NCBI GenBank assembly: GCA_963607345.1
Contig: CAVDBL010000004.1
Coordinates: 73,627-137,626 of the forward strand
Length of the DNA stretch: 64,000 nucleotides
Direction: 5' to 3'
Source of the DNA: Bifidobacteriaceae bacterium
Lineage (GTDB): Bacteria; Bacteroidota; Bacteroidia; Bacteroidales; Marinilabiliaceae
Below the pieces are notes generated by a model. It ran no database searches. It was not told where the DNA came from and was given only the letters and a program-made list of their open reading frames with translations. The translations under genes were made by a program, and so were the position numbers. This document shows positions 49,592 to 59,008 of this stretch, piece after piece; position 1 is the first letter of the stretch; each line of letters opens with the position of its first letter.

Positions 49592-49611
49592 ATATTCTTG
49601 AAAAAGAATAT
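49592..49611. promoter_or_regulatory. Perfect 8-bp inverted repeat (operator-like) upstream of the HTH gene
   Basis: ATATTCTT gaaa AAGAATAT, 34 nt upstream of the ATG at 49645. Confidence 0.4.
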
Positions 49612-49644
49612 ATTTATAATATAATAATTAAACAACATAACGTT

Positions 49645-50463
49645 ATGAAAAAATACGTTTGTATAAACAAGAACATATTAGGGTTAAACCTTAACCAAGT
49701 ACGAATCTACTTCACAATGAAGAAGTGGACGAATAAGCACGGTATTTGTGATTTAACCCAGCATCAAATAGCAGAAAGAAGTGGTGTGCCTTATGATACT
49801 GTAATTGACAATATGACTAAAGAGTTTTACGCAGCCGCCAATTGCAGGGTTAAGAAGGTACACGTTGATTCTTATATATTCCGTAACATTTATCATTTTA
49901 CCGAGAAGAAGTTTGTGTTAATTAAAGAGGACTTCTTAAAGGTGAACGCTGACAAAAAGCTTAAAGCACTTGTTATTCTGCTCAAGCTCCTTTGTTTTAA
50001 AAATTCCAACAAGTTGGCTTATAATAAGGCTCAACTTTGCGAATTGCTTAATATGTCAAGACCTACTCTTAACAAGTACCTTAAAGCAGCTATTGAGGCT
50101 GGACTTATTAAGTATAATAAGAACTGTATTGAAATTACTTGTGCTGGCGTAACTGTCAGTGCAGTAAATTTCAACAAGTTAAGCGACGGTGATAAGGCTT
50201 ATGCTGTTATTAGTAATTATTGTGAGGCACGTGGCGTTAAGGCTCCACGTTACAACAAAAGACTGGTCAACGAGCTTAACCTTGCTTGGAATGAAGGTAA
50301 AGACAATAATGTAAATTATGCTGTTGTCAATATTATTAAGAGGCTCAACCGCTGCAACATTAAAGTTGGCAAATCATATAGTCTTGCTTATTTTCTCAAG
50401 GTTCTGCTTAACACTAAACTTGACATTAGGCGCAACGCAACTGTTTATATGACAATGAATTAA
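49645..50463 (+). CDS. Putative DNA-binding protein with two HTH/winged-helix segments (replication initiator or regulator)
   Basis: LTQHQIAERSGVPYDTVIDNM and NKAQLCELLNMSRPTLNKYLKAAIEAGLI look like HTH units. No in-frame TAG. Stop is TAA. The ATG at 49645 is used rather than the listed 49528. Confidence 0.55.
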   Translation: MKKYVCINKNILGLNLNQVRIYFTMKKWTNKHGICDLTQHQIAERSGVPYDTVIDNMTKEFYAAANCRVKKVHVDSYIFRNIYHFTEKKFVLIKEDFLKVNADKKLKALVILLKLLCFKNSNKLAYNKAQLCELLNMSRPTLNKYLKAAIEAGLIKYNKNCIEITCAGVTVSAVNFNKLSDGDKAYAVISNYCEARGVKAPRYNKRLVNELNLAWNEGKDNNVNYAVVNIIKRLNRCNIKVGKSYSLAYFLKVLLNTKLDIRRNATVYMTMN

Positions 50464-50473
50464 TATTACAAGT

Positions 50474-50719
50474 ATGAACGAAGAGGAATTATTAAAGCAA
50501 GCAATGAGCGTCCCTGAAGAAAAAGCGAATAAATTAACGACGATACTTAATAATACACGTCGTAGCAGAAGGGATTCAGAATCTCTTATTGAGGAGTTAA
50601 TAGAGAAAAGAAAACGAGTAGCCGAAAACAGGATTAACTTCAGCAGCTTAACGGAGGAGTGCAGACGTATAAATAAAATACTTGATAAAAATAAAAAATA
50701 TGATATAGAATTTTCTTGA
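50474..50719 (+). CDS. Small charged hypothetical protein
   Basis: 81-aa ORF with no in-frame TAG. Stop is TGA. Confidence 0.45.
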   Translation: MNEEELLKQAMSVPEEKANKLTTILNNTRRSRRDSESLIEELIEKRKRVAENRINFSSLTEECRRINKILDKNKKYDIEFS

Positions 50720-50816
50720 TAAGCTTGAAAAATATTTAGAAAAAGCTTATTATTATAGAGCGGAAATAGCGACAACATTTTTAACAGCTGTAATACTGTA
50801 CATGATATTCGGATAA
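50700..50816 (+). CDS. Possible 38-aa membrane peptide (needs TAG read-through at 50706)
   Basis: MI[TAG]NFLDKLEKYLEKAYYYRAEIATTFLTAVILYMIFG, stop TAA. Short, so uncertain. Confidence 0.3.
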
Positions 50817-50833
50817 GAATAAAAAAAACAATT

Positions 50834-51079
50834 ATGACAACACAAGAACAAATTAATAAAATAACTGAAGAGCAAAATAAAATATAGAATGCTATATTAA
50901 AGCTGCAAAAAAATACTGAAAAGCTTCAGAATAATACGTAGAAATTAGAGAAGAGTATTCAAGAGACCAAACTTCAACAAGAACAGTTAATGAAAAACAC
51001 TTACAGGTTAAGTTAGCGTTTAGAGGAATTGTTTTTTGAAATAGAGAAATTTAAATAGCAGGTAGGCTACACTTCATAA
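50834..51079 (+). CDS. Gln-rich coiled-coil protein, 81 codons with 4 in-frame TAG
   Basis: MTTQEQINKITEEQNKI*NAILKLQKNTEKLQNNT*KLEKSIQETKLQQEQLMKNTYRLS*RLEELFFEIEKFK*QVGYTS. TAGs at 50885, 50939, 51014 and 51056. Stop is TAA. Confidence 0.55.
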
Positions 51080-51135
51080 TTCATGTCTATATTCAGCTTT
51101 AATTAGCTGGGTATAGACTTTATATGTTTATTTAT

Positions 51136-51324
51136 ATGCAATAGAAAACACAATTATTTTGCGCTATATTTTTAATAGTAGTTGGCGCAATATTACTTAT
51201 CAGCGGCTTTATAGTTCCACCTGTAGGCATTATAGATTCAAGCGTCCTTGTAGCATTTGGCGAGATATTGACTTTTGTAGGTTCGCTTTTTGGAATAGAT
51301 TATCATTATAGATATAAAAAATAA
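51136..51324 (+). CDS. Small two-TM membrane protein (1 in-frame TAG)
   Basis: MQ*KTQLFCAIFLIVVGAILLISGFIVPPVGIIDSSVLVAFGEILTFVGSLFGIDYHYRYKK. TAG at 51142. An alternative in-frame ATG is at 51124. Stop is TAA. Confidence 0.45.
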
Positions 51325-51401
51325 TGTTATTTATTTTGTTTTATTAATTAGAATATTTATATTTATAATGTAAGAGAACAAAAGCTCTTGTATTATTAAT
51401 T

Positions 51402-51833
51402 ATGAAGTGCAATTTAATAGCAGAAAAGGCTTCACGCAACAGACTTGATTAGATGTTGGGATATGAAGCAGGCAAAGGTCCTATAGTCTGGGACGAAATA
51501 AAAACAGAAGAAGACATATATAATCATTACGACGGAGTTTACGGCGATTACCTTGTAGAGCTTAAACAGTTGAGTTATAAAGGTAAAGGCTTAATGGTAG
51601 ACAAATAGAAGATAAATTGGTTACAGGAGGCTGTAAAAGAGTTGAAGAAAAACGATGCTTTAGTTATTTGGACTATAGAAGGGACTAAAGATATTTATGC
51701 AGTATCAGTTAAATAGCTTGATAAGTATATGAAGAACGGTACAGCTTGGATTCAATATTTGTCAACGGACAACGGTTATAAACCTGTAGTCTTTATTAAT
51801 TTTGAAAAAGCTTGTTATAGGGAGGGAATATAA
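51402..51833 (+). CDS. Putative VRR-NUC / PD-(D/E)xK-like nuclease (3 in-frame TAG)
   Basis: ...DGVYGDYLVELKQLSYKGKGLMVDK*KINWLQEAV... has the D...ExK motif and then a Q..W-type motif whose Q is the TAG at 51606. The other TAGs are at 51450 and 51714. Stop is TAA. Family is from memory. Confidence 0.5.
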
Positions 51834-51835
51834 TT

Positions 51836-52051
51836 ATGAGACTGGACGCAAGGTATTACACATATACTGAACAATAGAGGCTGGAGCTTACAGATTTTTG
51901 TAAAGCCCACGGAATTAAGACGATTAACCACCTAACAGAATACCTGTTAGATTCAATATTAAACGGACATTATGTTATTAAACATGGAAAAGAGCTGTTA
52001 CGACCAGATAAAAAGAGAATAGGGAATAGTGGAGAAGGCTGTAAGGAATGA
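51836..52051 (+). CDS. Hypothetical protein (1 in-frame TAG)
   Basis: MRLDARYYTYTEQ*RLELTDFCKAHGIKTINHLTEYLLDSILNGHYVIKHGKELL... TAG at 51875. Stop is TGA. Confidence 0.4.
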
Positions 52052-52391
52052 CGCTGTATTTACGCTGTATGAGCGTTTTAAAAGACTTCTTCCAAACTCA
52101 AATCATGAACTATTGAGCGATACGTTATTGAAGTTGACTGTTACTTATGATCCCAACAGGGATTTTATAGAGCAGTTCAAGGAGACTTGGGATTAGTTGG
52201 CTCAATGTTTTTAGAGGTCTAATTATTACTCGAAAGGTTATCACGTCTCATTGGAGGATATACCGAATCCTGAAGAGGAGGAGCGGAACGCGTATGATAT
52301 TATTAATGATAAGGAGTTAATAAAAGATGCCGTGGTTGAAACAGCTGCAAAGGCGACCAAAAGCCGAAAGCGAAGAGAGAAAAAAGCGTAA
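51972..52391 (+). CDS. Hypothetical protein with basic C-terminus (3 in-frame TAG)
   Basis: Open only if the TAGs at 52020, 52194 and 52212 are decoded: ...FTLYERFKRLLPNSNHELLSDTLLKLTVTYDPNRDFIEQFKETWD*LAQCF*RSNYY...KSRKRREKKA. Stop is TAA. The start is uncertain (ATG 51972/51984 or GTG 52029). Confidence 0.42.
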
Positions 52392-52719
52392 AGAGATTTA
52401 TAATACAGAACGTTGGCGCAAATTGAGGGGCGGCTATTTCATGTAGCACCCTTTATGCGAACTCTGTTATTAGAAGGGTATTATTAGAGAAGCGACGGAC
52501 GTGCATCATGTCATTTCACCGTTCAGCAGTGAACAAGGGAAACAAAACCCTTTACTTTATGCTTATGACGCTGACAACTTGATAAGCTTATGTAAAGAAT
52601 GTCATTCAGAATTGCACGGAAACAAACAAGAAGAATCATTATACGATATTTATTATGAACGAAAAATTAAGCAAACAACAATTACTGAAGAAGATACAGG
52701 ACGTGACGAAATGCAGTGA
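52327..52719 (+). CDS. HNH endonuclease (terminase-associated type), 2 in-frame TAG
   Basis: ...YNTERWRKLRGGYFM*HPLCELCY*KGIIREATDVHHVISP...NLISLCKECHSELHG has the classic phage HNH layout. TAGs at 52444 and 52471. Stop is TGA. Confidence 0.85.
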
Positions 52720-53053
52720 TACGACAACAGAATATGTATCACTTGTTATAGACGGTTTGGAGCAGCAGGGAAAACTTGACGCTGTAGATTAGGGGGCTTT
52801 AATACTATTGGCTAATTCTTATAATTTACAGCTTAAAGCAGTAGAGGAGCTTAACAAGTCAACCTTGCTGGTAATGAACGGAAACACGCCAATGAAGAAT
52901 CCGCTTGTGCAGATAATAGTATCTTGTCAAGGTTTATGCGTAAGAATAATGCAGGATTTTGGTTTAACTGCACGTAGTCGAAAATACCTTAACAAGGGAG
53001 AAGAGAAAAAGGAAGTTGAAGAGAGCGCACTTGATTCATTTTTAAAGAGTTAA
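52655..53053 (+). CDS. terS: Terminase small subunit (P27-family-like), 1 in-frame TAG
   Basis: MNEKLSKQQLLKKIQ...LDAVD*GALILLANSYNLQLKAVEELNK...NPLVQIIVSCQGLCVRIMQDFGLTARSRKYL. TAG at 52790. Stop is TAA. Confidence 0.78.
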
Positions 53054-53057
53054 CATT

Positions 53058-53642
53058 ATGAAAGAGTATCTTAAATACGCTTAGGATACTGTTAGTAGTG
53101 AAAAAGCAGGCAACCTTATAAAGTTATCATGCAGCAGGTTTCTTAATGATTTAAGAAGAGAGGATTTAGAGTTTAGGGAAAATGAAGTAGACCGCTGCAT
53201 AAACTTTATAGGGTTGTTCAAGCATTATACTGGTTCACATTCTGGAAAACAGTTCAAGCTTGAACCTTGGCAATAGTTTATAGCAGCCAACATTGTAGGG
53301 TTCTATTGGAAAGGGACAAACAGGAGGAGGTTTACTAATAGCTATATAGAGGTTGCTAGAAAAGCTGGCAAGAGCTAGCTGGCAGCAGCCTTATGCTTAT
53401 ACTTCTTAATTGCGGACAAGGAGGACGGTGCTGAAGTCCTTTTGGCGGCAAACAGTAAAGATTAGGCTAAAATAGCTTTTGAGATGTGCAGCGTTTTCGC
53501 CAAACAGCTTGACAAGACAGGTAAAAAGCTGATTTGTTACAGGGCTGATATACTTTTCAACACTACTAACAGCAAGCTTAAATGTTTAGCTGCTGACGAT
53601 TCTAAACTTGACGGCTTTAACGCTTCATTTGGTCTTATTGAT
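53058..53642 (+). CDS. terL: Terminase large subunit, exon 1 (195 codons, 4 in-frame TAG)
   Basis: MKEYLKYA*DTV...FKLEPWQ*FIAANIVGFYW...VARKAGKS*LAAALCLYFLIADKEDGAEVLLAANSKD*AKIAFEMC...FNASFGLID carries the Walker A motif and the start of Walker B. TAGs at 53082, 53274, 53376 and 53463. Confidence 0.88.
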
Positions 53643-54591
53643 AAATATTTGTCAATGTAAAAGTACTTTAATTACGGGAAACTCCTAAAGTTCGCAATAC
53701 CAACTTAATAAAGTGATTTATTAAGGGCTAAACTAATCATTTAGAGAAGGTAACAAGTTGCGAAATTGGAAAATCCGTAACCAAGCAACTTTTTTAAAAG
53801 TTGAAGGTTCAACGACTACCGAAAGCACATCTTTTAGGTGGAAGCAAGTAGGGTACAATGTAAGCTAATGACATTGGAAATGGGTGCAGTCTACATACGT
53901 GTATTTCATAATACTTTAATAATAAGCGAGATGAAAATATATGTATTAAAAGATCCTCGGAATGATTAGATTAGGTATGTAGGGGTGACAACGCAAGCTT
54001 TAAATCAAAGATTATCACAACATATAAACGCCGCTAAAAAGAACGAAATGAGACACGTTTGTAAGTGGATAAAAGTTTTGTTAAAGCTTGAATTACGACC
54101 TATTATTGAGCAAATAGATGAAGTTGATAATGAGCAGTGGTAGGAATGGGAGGTTTATTATATCTCATATTATCGGAAAATTGGGTGTGAACTTACAAAC
54201 ATTGATAAAGGAGGAAACGGTGTAGTTTCTGCTGAAAAGAGGTCAAAGGATTCAATGTTAAGAAGCTCCGAAAAACACAAGAAACCTGTTTATCAACTTA
54301 ATAGGAACCTTGAAATAATAAAAGAGTGGAAATCTGTAACAGATGCCTGTAATGAGTTGGGGTATAAGCAAGCCAATATCGCCAACGCCTTACATAAAAA
54401 AATAGGAGCTTATGGGTATTTATGGTGCAGGGTTTCTGAATTTGCGAACTATAAACCTAAAAGTAATTATCTAAATCCAAGAGGATGTAAGTAGATTAAG
54501 ATATAGTCTTAACTCTTGAGAAATCAAGAGCAGTTTGTGGGAAAATACCCACCGCTGTACTATATTTTGCGAATATAGTAAAAAATAATTG
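53643..54591 (+). mobile_element. Group I self-splicing intron (phage IA-like core) interrupting terL and carrying a homing endonuclease gene
   Basis: P1: exon end ATTGAT (53637-53642) pairs with the intron sequence GTCAAT (53651-53656), with a U.G pair at the splice site. The last intron nucleotide is G (54591). Joining the exons restores GAT|GAA TTT CAC = LIDEFH. Core-like elements are AACGACTA (53811), AAGTAGGGT (53846) and the hairpin CAATGT...ACATTG (53856/53871). Confidence 0.82.
53931..54512 (+). CDS. Intron-encoded GIY-YIG homing endonuclease with C-terminal HTH-like DNA-binding module (4 TAG read as sense)
   Basis: MKIYVLKDPRND*IRYVGVTTQALNQRLSQHI...EQW*EWEVYYISYYRKIGCELTNIDKGGNG, then ...VYQLNRNLEIIKEWKSVTDACNELGYKQANIANALHKKIGAYGYLW. 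TAGs at 53967, 54141, 54492 and 54504. Stop is TAA at 54510. Confidence 0.82.
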
Positions 54592-55626
54592 GAATTTCAC
54601 TCGGCTAAAAACAGTAAAGTACGTGATGTTATCAAGAGTTCAATGGGTATGAGGTCAAGACCACATTTATGTACGATAACTACAGCAGGATTTAATAAGA
54701 ACAGTCCTTGTTACGAGTTAAGGACAACTTGTTGTGAAGTGCTTAAAGGTATAAAGCAGGACGATTCTACTTTTGCCGCTATATATTCACTTGACGAGGG
54801 TGACGACTGGAAGAATCCTGAAGTTTGGGCAAAATCGAACCCTAATTTAGGTGTTACAGTATTTCCAGAATACTTAAAAGAGCAGGTTAATTTAGCTATT
54901 AATAATCCAAGCGAGGAGGTTGGGGTAAAGACTAAAAACCTTAATATGTGGTGTGATGTTTCCGACGTTTGGATTAATGATATATCACTGGTTCAAAACT
55001 CAAAACAACTTGATTTAAGCGTATTTAAAAACCGACAAGTTTATGTGGGCGTGGATTTAGCCGCAACAGGAGATTTGACCGCCGTATCATATATGACTGA
55101 AATTGACAATGTAAAATACTTTTATGTAAAGTACTATTTGCCAAGCTCTTGTCTGGACGGTAAAAAGAACTCTTATAATTACAGAAATTGGAAGAATAGC
55201 GGCTACTTGACAGTTACGGAGGGTAATGTTACAGACTACGACTACATTACTAAAGATATGCTGGAGGTTGCCCAAAATGCTCAAATATGCAATGTTGCTT
55301 ATGACAATTGGAACAGTACGCAATGGGCTATAGACGCTGTTTCAAAAGGTCTGCCGCTAAATCCTTATAGTCAGTCTATTGGCAATTTTAACAGACCTAC
55401 AAAAGAATTTGAGCGGCTTCTATACGGTGGAGGAATAGTAATAGATTCAAATCCGATTAACAGGTTCTGCTTTAAAAACGTCGTGTTAAAAACAGACCAT
55501 AACGGAAACAGCAAACCGAGTAAAGAGAGTTATAATAATAAAATAGACGGTGTTATAGCGATGCTTATGAGTTTAGGAGGTTATCTGCAAACACCAAAAT
55601 ATAATAATCAAATTTTTTCTGTATAA
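54592..55626 (+). CDS. terL: Terminase large subunit, exon 2 (nuclease half)
   Basis: EFHSAKNSKVRDVIKSSMGMRSRPHLCTITTAGFNKNSPCYE...VGVDLAATGDLTAV...IDGVIAML, Terminase_1-like. No TAG. Stop is TAA. Confidence 0.88.
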   Translation, partial: EFHSAKNSKVRDVIKSSMGMRSRPHLCTITTAGFNKNSPCYELRTTCCEVLKGIKQDDSTFAAIYSLDEGDDWKNPEVWAKSNPNLGVTVFPEYLKEQVNLAINNPSEEVGVKTKNLNMWCDVSDVWINDISLVQNSKQLDLSVFKNRQVYVGVDLAATGDLTAVSYMTEIDNVKYFYVKYYLPSSCLDGKKNSYNYRNWKNSGYLTVTEGNVTDYDYITKDMLEVAQNAQICNVAYDNWNSTQWAIDAVSKGLPLNPYSQSIGNFNRPTKEFERLLYGGGIVIDSNPINRFCFKNVVLKTDHNGNSKPSKESYNNKIDGVIAMLMSLGGYLQTPKYNNQIFSV

Positions 55627-55639
55627 TAGAAAAGAAGAT

Positions 55640-56866
55640 ATGAAATTTATCGATTTTTTTAAACGAAATAGAAGTCCTTAGGAAACTGAAAAACGTTCAT
55701 TGTTTGGTGACGCATTGACTTATGCGGGTTCACCAAACACTATTAGTGAGTATAAGTCGATGCTGTTGAGTACAGTTTACCGTTGTGTAGACTTGATAAG
55801 CAACAGTGTTGCCTCGCTGCCTTTTGAGCCTTATGAGGTTTCTTGTGACGGCTATAGAAAGAAGCTGCACGACCACCCTATATATCATGTACTTAATTAT
55901 GAGCCAAATGAGCGAATGACAAGGTTTATATTCATGAAAGCACTTGTTACGAGCATGATATTGAGGGGTAACGGTTATGCTTATATAGAGCGTGATAAAC
56001 TTGGTAATGTCATAAAGCTTGATTACCTTGATTCTGACAGGGTTAGCCCTATTATAGACTACACGAGCAACACTATTAAGTATTATGTAGTATCTGGTTA
56101 CAAGGTACCACGAGTGGAGCCTATAAACATGATACACTTGATAAACTTTACTTATGACGGCATAACTGGAGTATCAACATTAAAGAGCGCAAGAGGTTGT
56201 CTTTCAGCTGCTTATAATGCAGAACAGACTGCTGCTGGATTCTTTACAGGAGGTTGTAATGTTGGCGGCATACTTAAAGTTCAAGGAATGCTTAATGAAG
56301 TGCAGAAACAACAGCTAAAGTCAAGTTGGCAACAGGCGTTCAGTCCTGCTACAGGTCAACCAAATGGTGTAGCTGTTTTGGAGGGAAATATGGACTTCAG
56401 TCCTATAACGGTGAATCCTGCTGACGCTCAACTGCTTGAGAGCAGGCAATATAACGTTATAGATATTTGCCGTTTTTTTGGAGTTAACCCTACAAAAGTA
56501 TTTGACTTGACAAAAGCCTCTTATTCAACGGTGGAGGCTGAAAACCTGCAATTCTTGAACGATACGCTTCAACCGATAATAGAGAAAATAGAGCAGGAGT
56601 TTCAACGGAAACTATTTAAACCAAGTGAAAAAGCGCATACAATAGTACGATTCGATACCAGCTCAATGTTGAGGACTGATAAGAACAGTCAAGCTTCATA
56701 TTACTCAACTTTATTCAATATGGGTGCAATGAGCATCAACGAAATACGAAAAGCACTTGATTTAGAGCCTATTGAAGGTGGTGATACTCATTATGTGCAG
56801 GTTAACATGGGTGCTACAAACAATAACGAAATAAATGAAGAAGGAAATAAGGAATTACAGGAGTGA
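55640..56866 (+). CDS. Portal protein, HK97 family (1 in-frame TAG)
   Basis: MKFIDFFKRNRSP*ETEKRSLFGDALTY...STVYRCVDLISNSVASLPFEPY...NGYAYIERD... TAG at 55679. Stop is TGA. Confidence 0.9.
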
Positions 56867-57374
56867 AACCACCTTTAACGAAAGGCGTGTAACTGGTTAC
56901 GCTGTTGTGTTTAATAGTTACTCGCATGATTTAGGCGGTTTTAAGGAGATAATAGAGCCTACTGCCTTGGACGGGATAATAGAGATTTCAGACGTGCTAT
57001 GCTTAATGAACCACGACGAGGACAGGGGTGTTTTAGCACGCTCAAAATACGGAAAAGGGACGTTGGAGTTGACAATAGACGAACACGGCTTAAAATACAG
57101 TTTTGAGGCTCCACATACAGCTTTAGGAGACGAGCTTTTAGAGGGGCTTAACAGGGGCGATATTACGACCAGCTCTTTTGCCTTTACCGTCGCTGAAGAG
57201 CAGTGGGATAAAGACGAGACTGGAGTTGATATTAGAATCATAAAGAAAATAGACAGACTTTACGACGTTTCGCCAGTATATCAGGAGGCTTATCCTGATA
57301 CGGACGTTGCGCAACGGAATCACAAGCAACATTTGGACAATTACTTTTTAAAACTCAGAAAATCAATAATTTAA
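56835..57374 (+). CDS. Prohead maturation protease, HK97 family
   Basis: ...RVTGYAVVFNSYSHDLGGFKEIIEPTALDG...CLMNHDEDRGVLARS...TSSFAF... No TAG. Stop is TAA. Confidence 0.87.
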   Translation: MKKEIRNYRSETTFNERRVTGYAVVFNSYSHDLGGFKEIIEPTALDGIIEISDVLCLMNHDEDRGVLARSKYGKGTLELTIDEHGLKYSFEAPHTALGDELLEGLNRGDITTSSFAFTVAEEQWDKDETGVDIRIIKKIDRLYDVSPVYQEAYPDTDVAQRNHKQHLDNYFLKLRKSII

Positions 57375-57378
57375 CATT

Positions 57379-58656
57379 ATGAAGAACATAAATTCACTTC
57401 AAATTTTGGACAAGAAATTAAATTTACAGAAGAGGGCTACGGCTCTTTTCGATAAGGCTGAAGAGGAAGGACGTATGCTTACTGAAGACGAGCAAAAGCT
57501 TTACGAGGAAATTAAGGCTCAAATCGCTGAACTTGAAAAGCAGAAGAGTGAACTTGAGGCAAAACTGAACGAAGAAGCTTCCGACGAGGAAGAAGATAAA
57601 GAAGAGGCTTCCGACGACGAGGAAGACGACGAGGATAAAATTGAACAAAACAAACGAAACAAAAGGAATATGAAATTTAGTCTTTTAAAAGCTATTAATA
57701 GCGTAGTAAACAACCGTTCTCTTGATGAGGACGCTCAAAAAGTCATTACCCGTGGCGTAAACCAGATGCGTAATTCTGGACTTTCTTATGGTGGTCAAAT
57801 ATAGATCCCTATTGAGAACCGCGCGACGGACGGCACCTTGACTGGAGGCAATTTAAAGTCCACGACAACAAACGGAGGCAAGGAAGCTGTACCTACTGAT
57901 ACTCTTGATATTTTGACCGCCCTTCGCAACAAGCTTGTTTTAGTTCAAGCTGGTGCTACTTGCATGAACGGACTTGTAGGCAATGTTGAGATACCTGTTT
58001 ATTCTGGTTCCACTGTAGGTTGGGAAGGTGAAGTAGACGCTGCTACAAACGGCACTGGTACAATGAGTTCTGTAGAGCTTTCTCCAAAACGCATCACCGC
58101 TTATGTTGACGTTTCCAAGCAGTTCCTTATCCAGACTTCCGACGCTGCTGAAGCAATGTTGAAGAATGATATTGTTGAGGCTATATCCAATAAGCTTGAG
58201 GAAACTATTTTAGGTACTGAAGCTGGTTCTAACAAGAAACCTGCTGGTATACTCAACGGTGTAACTGCTGATACTACTGCTGTTAAATATGCTGATATTG
58301 TCTCTATGGAGGCAAGTCTTGAGGCTGCAAACATTGACGGTGATTACAAGGTAATCGTCTCCCCTACAGCAAAGGCTAAACTCAAGACCACTTCTGTTGA
58401 CGCTGGCTCTGGACGTTTCATTATGGAATCCAACGAGGTTGACGGCTATGAGGCTTTAACCACTAATGCAGTTCCTGCAAACGGTGTTATTTTCGGCAAT
58501 TTCAACGAGCTTGTCATTGGTCAGTGGGGTGCTTTTGACGTAACTGTTGACCCTTATACTCAAGCTGCGAACGGAAAGGTTAGACTTGTCGTAAATGCTT
58601 ATTTTGACGCTAAGCTTCGTCGTTCTGGAGCAGTTGTCGGTAAAATACTTGCTTAA
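57379..58656 (+). CDS. Major capsid protein, HK97 family, with N-terminal coiled-coil/acidic delta domain (1 in-frame TAG)
   Basis: Two listed ORFs (57379-57804 and 57838-58656) share a frame and are joined by the TAG at 57802 (GGQI*IPIENRA). The C-terminal part (...LRNKLVLVQAGATCMNGLVGNVEIPVYS...YFDAKLRR) is typical of HK97 MCPs. Stop is TAA. Confidence 0.9.
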
Positions 58657-58709
58657 TTAATCTGGAGGGGCTGGAGTAGGCTTCAGCCCTTCTTTTTATA
58701 CTTAATATC

Positions 58710-59006
58710 ATGGTGACTTTAGAAGAGGTAAAAACACATTTAAATATTGATTCCGACTATACAGCGGACGATACTTATTTAAATTGGCTTATAGAAGTTG
58801 CCAGCGAATCTATACTAAATCAGCTTGACTGGAGTGAAACTGAAGACGCTGAAGTAGAATACCCTAAAGCGGTGAATCACGCAATATTGATGCGAATAGC
58901 AGAACTTTATAACAACAGGGAGGAGACTACTTCAAACAGTGTCAATTAGAGGACTAAAGCGGCTGATTTCCTTGTGAGCCAGCATAGACGTTATACAATA
59001 GCATAA
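58710..59006 (+). CDS. Head-tail connector (gp6-like) protein (1 in-frame TAG)
   Basis: MVTLEEVKTHLNIDSDYTADDTYLNWLIEVASESI...AILMRIAELYNNRE...VN*RTKAADFLVSQHRRYTIA. TAG at 58947. Stop is TAA. Confidence 0.68.
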
Positions 59007-59008
59007 TT

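Noticed and set aside
50374-50778. 134-aa minus-strand ORF in the phage early region
   Set aside because: It is antisense to two co-oriented plus-strand ORFs in an element where every other gene is on the plus strand. Its sequence is low-complexity and Leu/Ser/Phe/Ile-rich, as expected for AT-rich antisense.
53643-54591. TerL encoded naturally as two separate polypeptides with a free-standing endonuclease gene between them
   Set aside because: The split falls inside the Walker B motif (LID|EFH). The exon end forms a canonical P1 with a U.G pair. The insert ends in G, and the exons join in frame. All of this points to a group I intron, although RNA evidence is still needed.
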